Source: Pecten maximus (lineage: Eukaryota). From it: a stretch of DNA of 64,000 bases. The notes under the pieces are model-generated. The model was not told the origin of the DNA. It was given only the letters and a program-made list of their open reading frames with translations, and searched no databases. Positions 49,990-64,000 of this stretch are shown piece after piece. The stretch's first letter is position 1; the number at the start of each line of letters is the position of its first letter. Position numbers and translations under genes: made by a program. The stretch lies in contig NC_047022.1 of the NCBI RefSeq assembly GCF_902652985.1, forward strand, positions 40,176,001 to 40,240,000. Direction: 5' to 3'.

Positions 49990-52250
49990 TTATCTAAACA
50001 CAGGTCAGCATTTATCTAAACACAGGTCAGCGCATAATCTTAACACAGGACAATAGGTTATCTTAACACAGGACAATACATAATCTTAACACAGGACAAT
50101 ACATGATCTTAACACAGGACAATACATGATCTTAACACAGGACAATACATAATCTTAACACAGGACAATACATAATCTTAACACAGGACAATACATGATC
50201 TTAACACAGGACAATACATGATCTTAACACAGGACAATACATGATCTTAACACAGGACAATACATAATCTTAATACAGGACAATAGGTTATCTTAACACA
50301 GGACAATACATAATCTTAACACAGGACAATACATAATCTTAACACAGGACAATACATGATCTTAACACAAGACAATACATAATCTTAACACAAGACAATA
50401 TATAATCTTAACACAGGACAATACATAATCTTAACACAAGACAATATATAATCTTAACACAGGACAATACATAATCTTAACACAAGACAATACATAATCT
50501 TAATACAGGACAATAGGTTATCTTAACACAGGACAATACATGATCTTAACACAGGACAATACATAATCTTAACACAGGACAATACATAATCTTAACACAG
50601 GACAATACATGATCTTAACACAGGACAATACATGATCTTAACACAGGACAATACATGATCTTAACACAAGACAATACATAATCTTAACACAAGACAATAT
50701 ATAATCTTAACACAGGACAATACATAATCTTAACACAAGACAATACATAATCTTAATACAGGACAATAGGTTATCTTAACACAGGACAATACATAATCTT
50801 AACACAGGACAATACATAATCTTAACACAAGACAATACATAATCTTAACACAGGACAATACATAATCTTAACACAAGACAATACATAATCTTAATACAGG
50901 ACAATAGGTTATCTTAACACAGGACAATACATAATCTTAACACAAGACAATACATAATCTTAACACAAGACAATACATAATCTTAACACAAGACAATACA
51001 TAATCTTAACACAGGACAATACATAATCTTAAGATAGGACAATACATAATCTTAACACAGGACAATACATAATCTTAACACAGGACAATACATAATCTTA
51101 AGATAGGACAATACATAATCTTAACACAAGACAATACATAATCTTAAGATAGGACAATACATAATCTTAACACAGGACAATACATAATCTTAATACAGGA
51201 CAATACATAATCTTAACACAGGACAATAGGTTATCTTAACACAGGACAATACATGATCTTAATACAGGACAATAGGTTATCTTAACACAGGACAATACAC
51301 GGTCTTAACACAGGACAATACATAATCTTAATACAGGACAATACATAATCTTAACACAGGACAATAGGTTATCTTAACACAAGACAATACATAATCTTAA
51401 CACATGACAATAGGTTATCTTAACACAGGACAATACATAATCTTAACACAGGACAATACATAATCTTAACACAAGACAATACATAATCTTAAGATAGGAC
51501 AATACATAATCTTAACACAAGACAATACATAATCTTAAGATAGGACAATACATAATCTTAACACAGGACAATACATAATCTTAATACAGGACAATACATA
51601 ATCTTAACACAGGACAATAGGTTATCTTAACACAGGACAATACATGATCTTAATACAGGACAATAGGTTATCTTAACACAGGACAATACACGGTCTTAAC
51701 ACAGGACAATACATAATCTTAATACAGGACAATACATAATCTTAACACAGGACAATAGGTTATCTTAACACAAGACAATACATAATCTTAACACATGACA
51801 ATAGGTTATCTTAACACAGGACAATACATAATCTTAACACAGGACAATACATAATCTTAACACAAGACAATACATAATCTTAACACAGAACAATAGGTTA
51901 TCTTAACACAAGACAATACATAATCTTAACACAAGACAATACATAACCTTAACACAGGACAATAGGTTATCTTAACACAGGACAATACATAATCTTAACA
52001 CAAGACAATACATAATCTTAACACAGGACAATACATGATCTTAACACAGGACAATACATGATCTTAACACAAGACAATACATAATCTTAACACAGGACAA
52101 TAGGTTATCTTAACACAGGACAATACATAATCTTAACACAAGACAATACATAATCTTAACACAGGACAATACATAATCTTAACACAGGACAATACATAAT
52201 CTTAACACAGGACAATACATAATCTTAACACAGGACAATACATGGTCTTA
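49990..52250. repeat. Minisatellite, 23-bp unit ACACAGGACAATACATAATCTTA, about 98 copies
   Basis: Directly visible; contains a higher-order duplication. Confidence 0.97.
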
Positions 52251-52714
52251 CCATAGAATGTCTACCATATACTGATTGACCCACTTATCTGTGTAAATGA
52301 CTTTTTGACGTGTGACACCTGGTGTATTCCCATGCAAGGTAATATTGTGTTGATGAGATTAGATGTCCAGATTTATATGTATAATACATGAATCTGTCCA
52401 GCTACTGATATCGTTACAGATCAGCAGGACAAACCTACGGTATACTTGCCTTACTGAAAAATCAATACATCTTGTTTTTTGTGTGTTCTAGAATCTGAAT
52501 ATTATCGCCAAATGTTTTTCAACAATTGAATTTCATTTTAACTATGGTAGCATTTCTGCACTTTTATTGTGATAAAAATAAGGAAGTGTTAGGGCTAGCT
52601 AAAGATGACATTTTCCTGAGACCAGGTACTGAAGATAAGGTGGATGATTATATTTAGCTCACCTGGACCAAAATATCCATGTGAGCCATGCAGGCCCTTT
52701 GGGCCGCTTGTAAA

Positions 52715-55347
52715 TGGGAGGGGGTTCCCTGTCAGACATATCACCACCACAGACTGATCTATACAGGTAGATATAGGGAGGGGGTTCCCTGTCAGACATA
52801 CCACCACAGACTTATCTATACAGGTAGATATAGGGAGGGAGTTCCCTGTCAGACACACCACAGACTTATCTATACAGGTAGATATAGGGAGGGGGTTCCC
52901 TGTCACACCACCACAGACTGATCTATACAGGTAGATATAGGGAGGGGGTTCCCTGTCAGACACACCACAGACTTATCTATACAGGTAGATATAGGGAGGG
53001 GTTCCCTGTCACACCACCACAGACTTATCTATACAGGTAGATATAGGGAGGGGGTTCCCTGTCAGACACACCACAGACTTATCTATACAGGTAGGTATAG
53101 GGAGGGGGTTCCCTGTCACACCACCACAGACTTATCTATACAGGTAGATATAGGGAGGGGGTTCCCTGTCAGACCACCACAGACTTATCTATACAGGTAG
53201 ATATAGGGAGGGGGTTCCCTGTCACACCACCACAGACTTATCTATACAGGTAGATATAGGGAGGGGGTTCCCTGTCAGACCACCACAGACTTATCTATAC
53301 AGGTAGATATAGGGAGGGGGTTCCCTGTCACACCACCACAGACTTATCTATACAGGTAGATATAGGGAGGGGGTTCCCTGTCACACCACCACAGACTTAT
53401 CTATACAGGTAGATATAGGGAGGGGGTTCTCTGTCAGACACACCACCACAGACTTATCTATACAGGTAGATATAGGGAGGGGGTTCCCTGTCAGACACAC
53501 CACCACAGACTTATCTATACAGGTAGATATAGGGAGGGGGTTCCCTGTCACACCACCACAGACTTATCTATACAGGTAGATATAGGGAGGGGGTTCCCTG
53601 TCAGACACACCACCACAGACTTATCTATACAGGTAGATATAGGGAGGGGGTTCCCTGTCACACCACCACAGACTTATCTATACAGGTAGATATAGGGAGG
53701 GGGTTCCCTGTCACACCACCACAGACTTATCTATACAGGTAGATATAGGGAGGGGGTTCCCTGTCACACCACCACAGACTTATCTATACAGGTAGATATA
53801 GGGAAGGGGTTCCCTGTCAGACATACCACCACAGACTTATCTATACAGGTAGATATAGGGAGGGGGTTCCCTGTCAGACACACCACCACAGACTTATCTA
53901 TACAGGTAGATATAGGGAGGGGGTTCCCTGTCACACCACCACAGACTTATCTATACAGGTAGATATAGGGAGGGGGTTCCCTGTCAGACACACCACCACA
54001 GACTTATCTACACAGGTAGATATAGGGAGGGGGTTCCCTGTCACACCACCACAGACTTATCTATACAGGTAGATATAGGGAGGGGGTTCCCTGTCAGACA
54101 CACCACCACAGACTTATCTATACAGGTAGATATAGGGAGGGGGTTCTCTGTCAGACACACCACCACAGACTTATCTACACAGGTAGATATAGGGAGGGGG
54201 TTCTCTGTCACACCACCACAGACTTATCTATACAGGTAGATATAGGGAGGGGGTTCCCTGTCAGACATACCACCACAGACTTATCTATACAGGTAGGTAT
54301 AGGGAGGGGGTTCCCTGTCAGACACACCACAGACTTATCTATACAGGTAGATATAGGGAGGGGGTTCCCTGTCAGACACACCACCACAGACTTATCTATA
54401 CAGGTAGATATAGGGAGGGGGTTCCCTGTCAGACACACCACCACAGACTTATCTATACAGGTAGATATAGGGAGGGGGTTCCCTGTCAGACACACCACCA
54501 CAGACTTATCTATACAGGTAGATATAGGGAGGGGGTTCCCTGTCACACCACCACAGACTTATCTATACAGGTAGATATAGGGAGGGGGTTCCCTGTCAGA
54601 CACACCACCACAGACTTATCTATACAGGTAGGTATAGGGAGGGGGTTCCCTGTCAGACACACCACCACAGACTTATCTATACAGGTAGGTATAGGGAGGG
54701 GGTTCCCTGTCAGACACACCACAGACTTATCTATACAGGTAGATATAGGGAGGGGGTTCCCTGTCACACCACCACAGACTTATCTACACAGGTAGATATA
54801 GGGAGGGGGTTCCCTGTCAGACACACCACAGACTTATCTATACAGGTAGATATAGGGAGGGGGTTCCCTGTCAGACACACCACCACAGACTTATCTATAC
54901 AGGTAGATATAGGGAGGGGGTTCCCTGTCAGACACACCACCACAGACTTATCTATACAGGTAGATATAGGGAGGGGGTTCCCTGTCAGGCCACCACAGAC
55001 TTATCTATACAGGTAGATATAGGGAGGGGGTTCCCTGTCAGACACACCACCACAGACTTATCTACACAGGTAGATATAGGGAGGGGGTTCCCTGTCAGAC
55101 ACACCACCACAGACTTATCTATACAGGTAGATATAGGGAGGGGGTTCCCTGTCAGACACACCACCACAGACTTATCTACACAGGTAGATATAGGGAGGGG
55201 GTTCCCTGTCAGACACACCACAGACTTATCTATACAGGTAGATATAGGGAGGGGGTTCCCTGTCAGACACACCACAGACTTATCTATACAGGTAGATATA
55301 GGGAGGGGGTTCCCTGTCAGACACACCACAGACTTATCTATACAGGT
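52715..55347. repeat. Minisatellite, 50-57-bp unit AGGGAGGGGGTTCCCTGTCAGACACACCACCACAGACTTATCTATACAGGTAGATAT
   Basis: Directly visible; length variation in the CA-rich segment. Confidence 0.97.
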
Positions 55348-55849
55348 GACTGATAGTAATAACTTATATATCACTCCACGGTCTACATGCACTCATCACC
55401 TGGTTATGTGGATTAAGTTTGATAGCATGCCAGAATACTGATTGAGATCTTTATTTGTTCAGATGTGTTGGAGAGTATTCAAAAGTAAACAGCAATTAAA
55501 TTGATTGTGTGTTTAATGTCACAAATCCCTTTTCCTGGCTAATCCTTCTTGCCTCTCCATATTAAATGGCATAGGACCAAATTTTCTGATCAAAATTCAT
55601 TCCCTGAAATTCCTGAGAAATTCTTTTGCTATCAAGTACAAACCACAGATCATTGTTGACTAATGGCACATCATGATTGAACAGATTGTAATAGGAAAAT
55701 CACACATTCATTTTCCATGATAAAGGAAAAGCAAATTAAGTTGGAAGATTTAAATTATTAAGAAATACAAAAGCTAAGATTAGTGGTTCCTTTGTTTGAA
55801 AAAGAATGGAAAGAGAAAAGTACTGTCAGACCAAAAGGCTGCCAGTACA

Positions 55850-56500
55850 AAAAACAAAACCTGTATAGAAAGGCTAACAGTACAAAAATACCTGTCAATA
55901 AAGGCCACAAGTATAAAAAAAAAAGCCTGTCTTTAAAGGTCACCAGTATAAAAAGCCTGTCTATAAAGGTCACCAGTATAAAACCCTGTCTATAAAGGTC
56001 ACCAGTTTAAAAAGCCTGTCTATAAAGGTCGCCAGTATAAAACCCTGTCTATTAAATTAACCGGTATAAAAAACCTATCTTTAAAGGTCATCAGTATAAA
56101 AAGCCTGTCTATAAAGGTCACCAGTATAAAAACCCTGTATATAAAGGTCACCAGTATAAAAAGCCTGTCTATTAAATTAACCAGTATAAAACCTTGTCTA
56201 TTAAATTAACCAGTATAAAAAACCTGTCTTTAAAGGCACCAGTAAAAAACCTGTCTCTAAAGACCACCTGTATATAACTCAAACCTGCCTATAAAACCCA
56301 CCAGTATAAAAACATGTCTATAAAACCCACCAGTATAAAAACCTGTATATAAAGGTCACCAGTATAAAAACCCTGTCTATAAAGGCAACAACTTTTTTTA
56401 AAACTTTTTTAAACTGTCTATAAAGGCCAACAGAATAAAACAAAACCTGTCTATAAAGTTCACCAGTATAAAACAAAACCTGTCTATAAAGGCCACTGGT
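55850..56500. repeat. Diverged about 29-bp tandem repeat (AAAAGCCTGTCTATAAAGGTCACCAGTATA)
   Basis: Directly visible. Confidence 0.88.
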
Positions 56501-56934
56501 GTAAAACAAGTCATGTATTTTGTAACAAAGTTAGAACTTGTGTCAGTGCTTAACAACATGTTGTTGAAGATTTCCCTCCTTTTTGAACCTGACAGCTCCT
56601 ATTTCCATGTCCATGTATCATGTAACACCCATTATACCTGTTAGATCACTAAACTAAAACACATTTCTATAACACATACCGTAACTACATCTAGTTGTAA
56701 TGACATTTTGGGGTATTTAAACAACATGTACCTTAGAAGTTTATCTTTCCTTTTTTTTCCTTGTAAATCTATCTGCTTTATGATATATTGGTTTCCTTTG
56801 GTATACAATCATAAAGTAAACTCTGATAACACACAAACACACAGAGTACCATACTTTGGGACAAGTTACACTCCACCAGGGGGCAGCATGTGTGATAACA
56901 TTATAATGGCTTCACTGCACGATATTTAGGTAAT

Positions 56935-58110
56935 GTGAGGGTAGGTTGTCCTAGCAGAGTCCTGTTTTATATAGGATCCTAACAGAGGTTTGTTTTATAT
57001 AGGATAAGGTAGGATGTCCTAACAAAGTCCTGTTTTATATAGGATAAGGTAGGATGTCCTTACAGGGTTCTGTTTTATATAGGATAAGATAGGATGTCCT
57101 AACAGAGTTCTGTTTTATATAGGATAAGGTAGGGTGTCCTAACAGAGTTCTGTTTTATATAGGATAAGGTAGGATGTCCTAACAGAGGTCTGTTTATATA
57201 GGATAAGGTAGGATGTCCTAACAGAGTTCTGTTTATATAGGATAAGGTAGGATGTCCTTACAGGGTTCTGTTTTATATAGGATAAGGTAGGATGTCCTAA
57301 CAGAGTTCTGTTTATATAGGATAAGGTAGGATGTCCTAACAGAGGTCTGTTTTATATAGGATAAGGTAGGATGTCCTAACAGAGTTCTGTTTTATATAGG
57401 ATAAGGTAGGGTGTCCTAACAGAGTTCTGTTTTATATAGGATAAGGTAGGATGTCCTAACAGAGGTCTGTTTTATATAGGATAAGGTAGGATGTCCTAAC
57501 AGAGGTCTGTTTTATATAGGATAAGGTAGGGTGTCCTAAAAGAGGTCTGTTTTATATAGGATAAGGTAGGGTGTCCTAACAGAGTTCTGTTTTATACAGG
57601 ATAAGGTAGGATGTCCTAACAGAGGTCTGTTTTATATAGGATAATGTAGGATGTCCTAACAGAGTTCTGTTTTATATAGGATAAGGTAGGATGTCCTAAC
57701 AGAGTTCTGTTTTATATAGGATAAGGTTAATGTCCTAACAGAGGTCTGTTTTATATAGGATAAGGTAGGATGTCCTAACAGAGGTCTGTTTTATATAGGA
57801 TAAGGTAGGATGTCCTAACAGAGTTCTGTTTTATATAGGATAAGGTAGGGTGTCCTAACAGAGGTCTGTTTTATATAGGATAAGGTAGGATGTCCTAACA
57901 GAGTTCTGTTTTATATAGGATAAGGTAGGGTGTCCTAACAGAGGTCTGTTTTATATAGGATAAGGAAGGATGTCCTAACAGAGTTCTGTTTTATATAGGA
58001 TAAGGTAGGATGTCCTAACAGAGGTCTGTTTTATATAGGATAAGGTAGGATGTCCTAACAGAGTTCTGTTTTATACAGGATAAGGTAGGATATCCTAACA
58101 GAGGTTTATA
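56935..58110. repeat. Minisatellite, 40-bp unit AGGATAAGGTAGGATGTCCTAACAGAGKTCTGTTTTATAT, about 29 copies
   Basis: Directly visible. Confidence 0.97.
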
Positions 58111-58884
58111 TAGGGCAATAATACACTATTTATAGGTAAAGCAATATTTTGAAATTATATTGTTAGTTTTAGCCAAGTTAAGCAAGAACTACACCTTATA
58201 AGGCAATTTATGATATTGTTTGATTTTAAGCTTCTCATTTATCATGGGGTTTGCTAAGATTTTACAGCCATTTGGATTGTTCGTTAATTGGTGTTTACCA
58301 TGACATTCATAATCACCCGTAGATTGATTCAAATCAAAAGTATTGTACAGTGTATTTCATATCAGGACATGATTTCCATTGAATAATTGATTACAGGTAG
58401 GTGAGTGAAAATGTAAAAAATAAATCTTTTAATTCTTGTCATCAATGAACATGTAGTTAATTTCCTATTACAAGTTTCAGAATGGCATATCAATATCTGT
58501 ATGTGGCCTATCCACTTCTTTACCTATAATCTGGGTAACATTGGAACACTTCAATGAACAGGTAATGAATCGATGTGTCAATAATATCAATGTGTGGCAC
58601 AGATGTACTGGACGTGTAAATATTGGAGTAATTACCTCTCTCCAAATATCATTGTATAATCTCTGATTGTGTTGTGGATATACTTTACACAGGAATATTG
58701 GGTTAGATTTCTTATCTCACGGGAGATTTAAATCTTCAAAGGTTCTGTATATGGTTATAATTAGCAATATTTAATTCCATCTGATCGATCAAAGTGAAAT
58801 TTCATGCATCCTTGCTCAAGTTGTTAATTTGAGATTTTTACTGATGGACAGGTCAATGTTTAAGGACATTATTTACCAAAAAGA

Positions 58885-60500
58885 CTTGTAAGATATAGAA
58901 AGAAACTGGTAGGATATGGGAAGAAACTGGTAGGATATGGGAAGAAACTGGTAGGATATGGGAAGAAACTGGTAGGATATGGGAAGAAACTGATAGGATA
59001 TAGAAAGAAACTGGTAGGATATGGGAAGAAACTGGTAGGATATGGGAAGAAACTCGTAGGATATGGGAAGAAACTGGTAGGATATGGGAAGAAACTGAAA
59101 GGATATAGAAAGAAACTGGTAGGATATGGGAAGAAACTCGTAGGATATGGGAAGAAACTGGTAGGATATGGGAAGAAACTGAAAGGATATAGAAAGAAAC
59201 TGGTAGGATATGGGAAGAAACTGGTAGGATATGGGAAGAAACTGGTAGGATATGGGAAGAAACTCGTAGGATATGGGAAGAAACTGGTAGGATATGGGAA
59301 GAAACTGAAAGGATATAGAAAGAAACTGGTAGGATATGGGAAGAAACTCGTAGGATATGGGAAGAAACTGGTAGGATATGGGAAGAAACTGAAAGGATAT
59401 AGAAAGAAACTGGTAGGATATGGGAAGAAACTGGTAGGATATGGGAAGAAACTGATAGGATATGGGAAGAAACTGATAGGATATAGAAAGAAACTGGTAG
59501 GATATGGGAAGAAACTCGTAGGATATGGGAAGAAACTGATAGGATATAGAAAGAAACTGGTAGGATATGGGAAGAAACTTGTAGGATATTGGAAGAAACT
59601 GATAGGATATGGGAAGAAACTGATAGGATATAGAAAGAAACTGGTAGGATATGGGAAGAAACTGGTAGGATATGGGAAGAAACTGGTAGGATATAGAAAG
59701 AAACTGGTAGGATATGGGAAGAAATTGGTAGGATATGGGAAGAAACTGGTAGGATATAGAAAGAAACTGGTAGGATATGGGAAGGAACTGGTAGGATATA
59801 GAAAGAAACTGGTAGGATATAGAAAGAAACTGGTAGGATATGGGAAGAAACTGGTAGGATATAGAAAGAAACTGGTAGGATATTGGAAGAAACTGATAGG
59901 ATATGGGAAGAAACTGATAGGATATAGAAAGAAACTGGTAGGATATGGGAAGAAACTGGTAGGATATAGAAAGAAACTGGTAGCATATGGGAAGAAACTG
60001 ATAGGATATGGGAAGAAACTGGTAGGATATGGGAAGAAACTGGTAGGATATGGGAAGAAACTGATAGGATATAGAAAGAAACTGATAGGATATGGGAAGA
60101 AACTGGTAGGATATAGAAAGAAACTGGTAGGATATGGGAAGAAACTGGTAGGATATAGAAAGAAACTGATAGGATATAGAAAGAAACTGGTAGGATATGG
60201 GAAGAAACTGGTAGGATATGGGAAGAAACTGATAGGATATAAAAAGAAACTGATAGGATATAGAAAGAATCTGATAGGATATAGAAAGAAACTGGTAGGA
60301 TCTAGAAAGAAACTGGTAGGATATGGGAAGAAACTGGTAGGATATGGGAAGAAACTGATAGGATATAGAAAGAAACTAGTAGGATATAGAAAGAAACTGA
60401 TAGGATATAGAAAGAAACTGATAGGATATAGAAAGAAACTGGTAGGATATAGAAAGAAACTGGTAGGATATGGGAAGAAACTGGTAAGATATGGGAAGAA
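58885..60500. repeat. Purine-rich minisatellite, 21-bp unit AAGAAACTGGTAGGATATGGG / ...ATAGA, about 77 copies
   Basis: Directly visible; period divisible by 3 explains the long ORFs. Confidence 0.97.
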
Positions 60501-61384
60501 ATATGGACGTCTGAATACATGCCCTTCCACTATGTAATCTAAGCAATCATTCCTATCAGACAGAGCTAAGGAAGAAGGAGCTTTTCTGTTTACTTTGATT
60601 TTTAATATACATCTTTTACTTTATTTAATTTCCTATAATGCTTACTTAACTCAATGACAAAGCCAAGGTTCGGAAAATGATGTTTTAAGATATAGCCCGT
60701 CCAAACAGTAATCTCATTGTCAAGGTCTATCCAGAATAAACAGGAATTTATATTGATAGATAACATGTTTGCGCATGGTTTTCTTGATCAATTTTGAATT
60801 GATTTCTGCAAAGTAACATAAAGCAACTTTTGACAAAGCGTGACTGAGAAACACACCGAGTGGTAGAGCCACTGTGCTGATGTATAAACAATCTACAGTG
60901 GTAGGTATCAATTACCACTGGAACACATTACATAATTATTTAAATGTACTGAACAATTGTCAGTTAGATTTGAATGCTAATTCATGTAAAATGTCATTTC
61001 TGCTTCATTAGCTATGGGACAGAAATCGTATGACTACAGCTGCTGTAAACGTCAATAAATTACCATACGATAATTTCAAAATCTGTTTACTGACTAAAAT
61101 AAACACTGTTTACACATTACAGTCATCAAATCTTCAAAATGATGATGATTCGTGTGCATCTTACTGTTTAAGCTTTTAAAGTGAAGAAACTTTCCATGCT
61201 TAACTTAAAATCACACAGACTTTGCATGAAATCCTCAAACACACATATTTTAAGTATCATAATACAATGTAGAAATGAAGTAGAGGGGCGATACTACTAT
61301 CTCTGTCATATCAAAACAAAATAAAGGAGAGACATTGTATATCAGTAACTAATATCAATTTACATGTATTCCATTTGATGTCAA

Positions 61385-64000
61385 ATGTTACATTGTATGT
61401 CAATATGTTACATTGTATGTCAATATGTTACATTGTATGTCAATGTTAAATTTTATGTCAGTATGTTACATTGTATGTCAGTATGTTACATTGTATGTCT
61501 ATGTTACATTGTATGTCAGTATGTTACATTATATGTCAATGTTACATTGTATGTCAGTATGTCACATTGTATGTCAATGTTACATTGTATGTCAGTATGT
61601 CACATTGTATGTCAATGTTACATTGTATGTCAATGTTAAATTTTATGTCAGTATGTTACATTGTATGTCAGTATGTTACATTGTATGTCAGTATGTTACA
61701 TTGTATGTCAGTATGTTACATTGTATGTCAGTATGTTACATTGTATGTCTATGTTACATTGTATGTCAATATGTTACATTGTATGTCATTATGTTACATT
61801 GTATGTCAGTATGTTACATTGTATGTCAGTATGTTACATTGTATGTCAGTATGTTACATTGTATGTCAGTATGTTACATTGTATGTCTATGTTACATTGT
61901 ATGTCAATATGTTACATTGTATGTCAGTATGTTACATTGTATGTCTATGTTACATTGTATGTCAATGTTACATTGTATGTCAATGTTACATTGTATGTCT
62001 ATGTTACATTGTATGTCAATATGTTACATTGTATGTCTATGTTACATTGTATGTCTATGTTACATTGTATGTCAGTATGTTACATTGTATGTCTATGTTA
62101 CATTGTATGTCTATGTTACATTGTATGTCAGTATGTTACATTGTATGTCTATGTTACATTGTATGTCAGTATGTTACATTGTATGTCAATGTTACATTGT
62201 ATGTCTATGTTACATTGTATGTCAATATGTTACATTGTATGTCAATATGTTACATTGTATGTCAGTATGTTACATTGTATATCAATATGTTACATTGTAT
62301 GTCAGTATGTTACATTGTATGTCAATATGTTACATTGTATGTCAATGTTACATTGTATGTCAATGTTACATTGTATGTCAATATGTTACATTGTATGTCA
62401 GTATGTTACATTGTATGTCAATGTTACATTGTATGTCAATGTTACATTGTATGTCAATGTTACATTGTATGTCAGTATGTTACATTGTATGTCAGTATGT
62501 TACATTGTATGTCTATGTTACATTGTATGTCAATATGTTACATTGTATGTCAATGTTACATTGTATGTCAATATGTTACATTGTATGTCTATGTTACATT
62601 GTATGTCAATATGTTACATTGTATGTCAATGTTACATTGTATGTCAGTATGTTACATTGTATGTCAATGTTACATTGTATGTCAATGTTACATTGTATGT
62701 CAGTATGTTACATTGTATGTCATTATGTTACATTGTATGTCAGTATGTTACATTGTATGTCAATGTTACATTGTATGTCAGTATGTTACATTGTATGTCT
62801 ATGTTACATTGTATGTCAGTATGTTACATTGTATGTCAATGTTACATTGTATGTCTATGTTACATTGTATGCCAATGTTACATTGTATGTCAATGTTACA
62901 TTGTACGTCAATATGTTACATTGTATGTCAATATGTTACATTGTATGTCAGTATGTTACATTGTATGTCAGTATGTTACATTGTATGTCTATGTTACATT
63001 GTATGTCTATGTTACATTGTATGTCTATGTTACATTGTATGTCTATGTTACATTGTATGTCAGTATGTTACATTGTATGTCAATGTTACATTGTATGTCA
63101 ATGTTACATTGTACGTCAATATGTTACATTGTATGTCAATATGTTACATTGTATGTCTATGTTACATTGTATGTCTATGTTACATTGTATGTCTATGTTA
63201 CATTGTATGTCTATGTTACATTGTATGTCAGTATGTTACATTGTATGTCAATGTTACATTGTATGTCAGTATGTTACATTGTATGTCTATGTTACATTGT
63301 ATGTCTATGTTACATTGTATGTCAGTATGTTACATTGTATGTCAATATGTTACATTGTATGTCAGTATGTTACATTGTATGTCTATGTTACATTGTATGT
63401 CTATGTTACATTGTATGTCAATGTTACATTGTATGTCAGTATGTTACATTGTATGTCTATGTTACATTGTATGTCTATGTTACATTGTATGTCAGTATGT
63501 TACATTGTATGTCAATATGTTACATTGTATGTCAATATGTTACATTGTATGTCAGTATGTTACATTGTATGTCTATGTTACATTGTATGTCTATGTTACA
63601 TTGTATGTCTATGTTACATTGTATGTCTATGTTACATTGTATGTCAGTATGTTACATTGTATGTCAATGTTACATTGTATGTCAGTATGTTACATTGTAT
63701 GTCTATGTTACATTGTATGTCTATGTTACATTGTATGTCAGTATGTTACATTGTATGTCAATATGTTACATTGTATGTCAGTATGTTACATTGTATGTCT
63801 ATGTATGTCTATGTTACATTGTATGTCTATGTTACATTGTATGTCAATGTTACATTGTATGTCAATATGTTACATTGTATGTCAATGTTACATTGTATGT
63901 CAGTATGTTACATTGTATGTCTATGTTACATTGTATGTCAATGTTACATTGTATGTCAATGTTACATTGTATGTCAGTATGTTACATTGTATGTCTATGT
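61385..64000. repeat. Minisatellite, 18/20-bp unit ATGTTACATTGTATGTC(T/A/AGT/AAT), runs off the window end
   Basis: Directly visible. Confidence 0.97.

Noticed and set aside
52595-55392. Cys-containing repeat ORFs (CLTGNPLPISTCIDKSVV)
   Set aside because: Minisatellite translation, repeatedly broken by unit-length variants.
58853-60537. 270-553 aa ORFs (LVGYGKK, FFPYPTS, ILPVSSH repeats) resembling structural or adhesive proteins
   Set aside because: A 21-bp unit is divisible by 3, so ORFs appear on both strands; no signal peptide or unique coding flanks.

Overview
AT-rich, intron-containing animal genomic DNA, not prokaryotic. The repeat landscape suggests a bivalve mollusc (inference). 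Gene content on the + strand, all assembled by hand from splice signals: (1) the terminal coding exon (5298-5463) of an Srrm2/3/4-type SR splicing factor, encoding the C-terminal half of the eMIC microexon-enhancer domain; (2) a complete 8-exon WSB1/2 orthologue (WD40 repeats + SOCS box, 15540-30427, 448 aa), where all splice phases close into one frame; (3) the probable 5' end of a third, unidentified gene (candidate non-coding first exons near 41.6-42.9 kb, first coding exon 49096-49224). The rest is roughly 15 minisatellite arrays, decayed LINEs (two CR1-like, one RTE-X-like), several short DNA transposons with readable TIRs and TSDs, and tRNA-derived SINE fragments. The most striking element is a 391-bp miniature LTR retrotransposon (14369-14759) whose two LTRs each carry a tRNA-like Pol III cassette, about 0.8 kb upstream of WSB. 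The WSB gene also shows repeated duplication of its own splice junctions, a candidate in-frame 9-nt microexon, a candidate stop-containing exon before the SOCS box, and a non-canonical SOCS box. The long ORFs in the track beyond 43 kb are translations of tandem repeats. No database search was possible; family assignments rest on recalled motifs.
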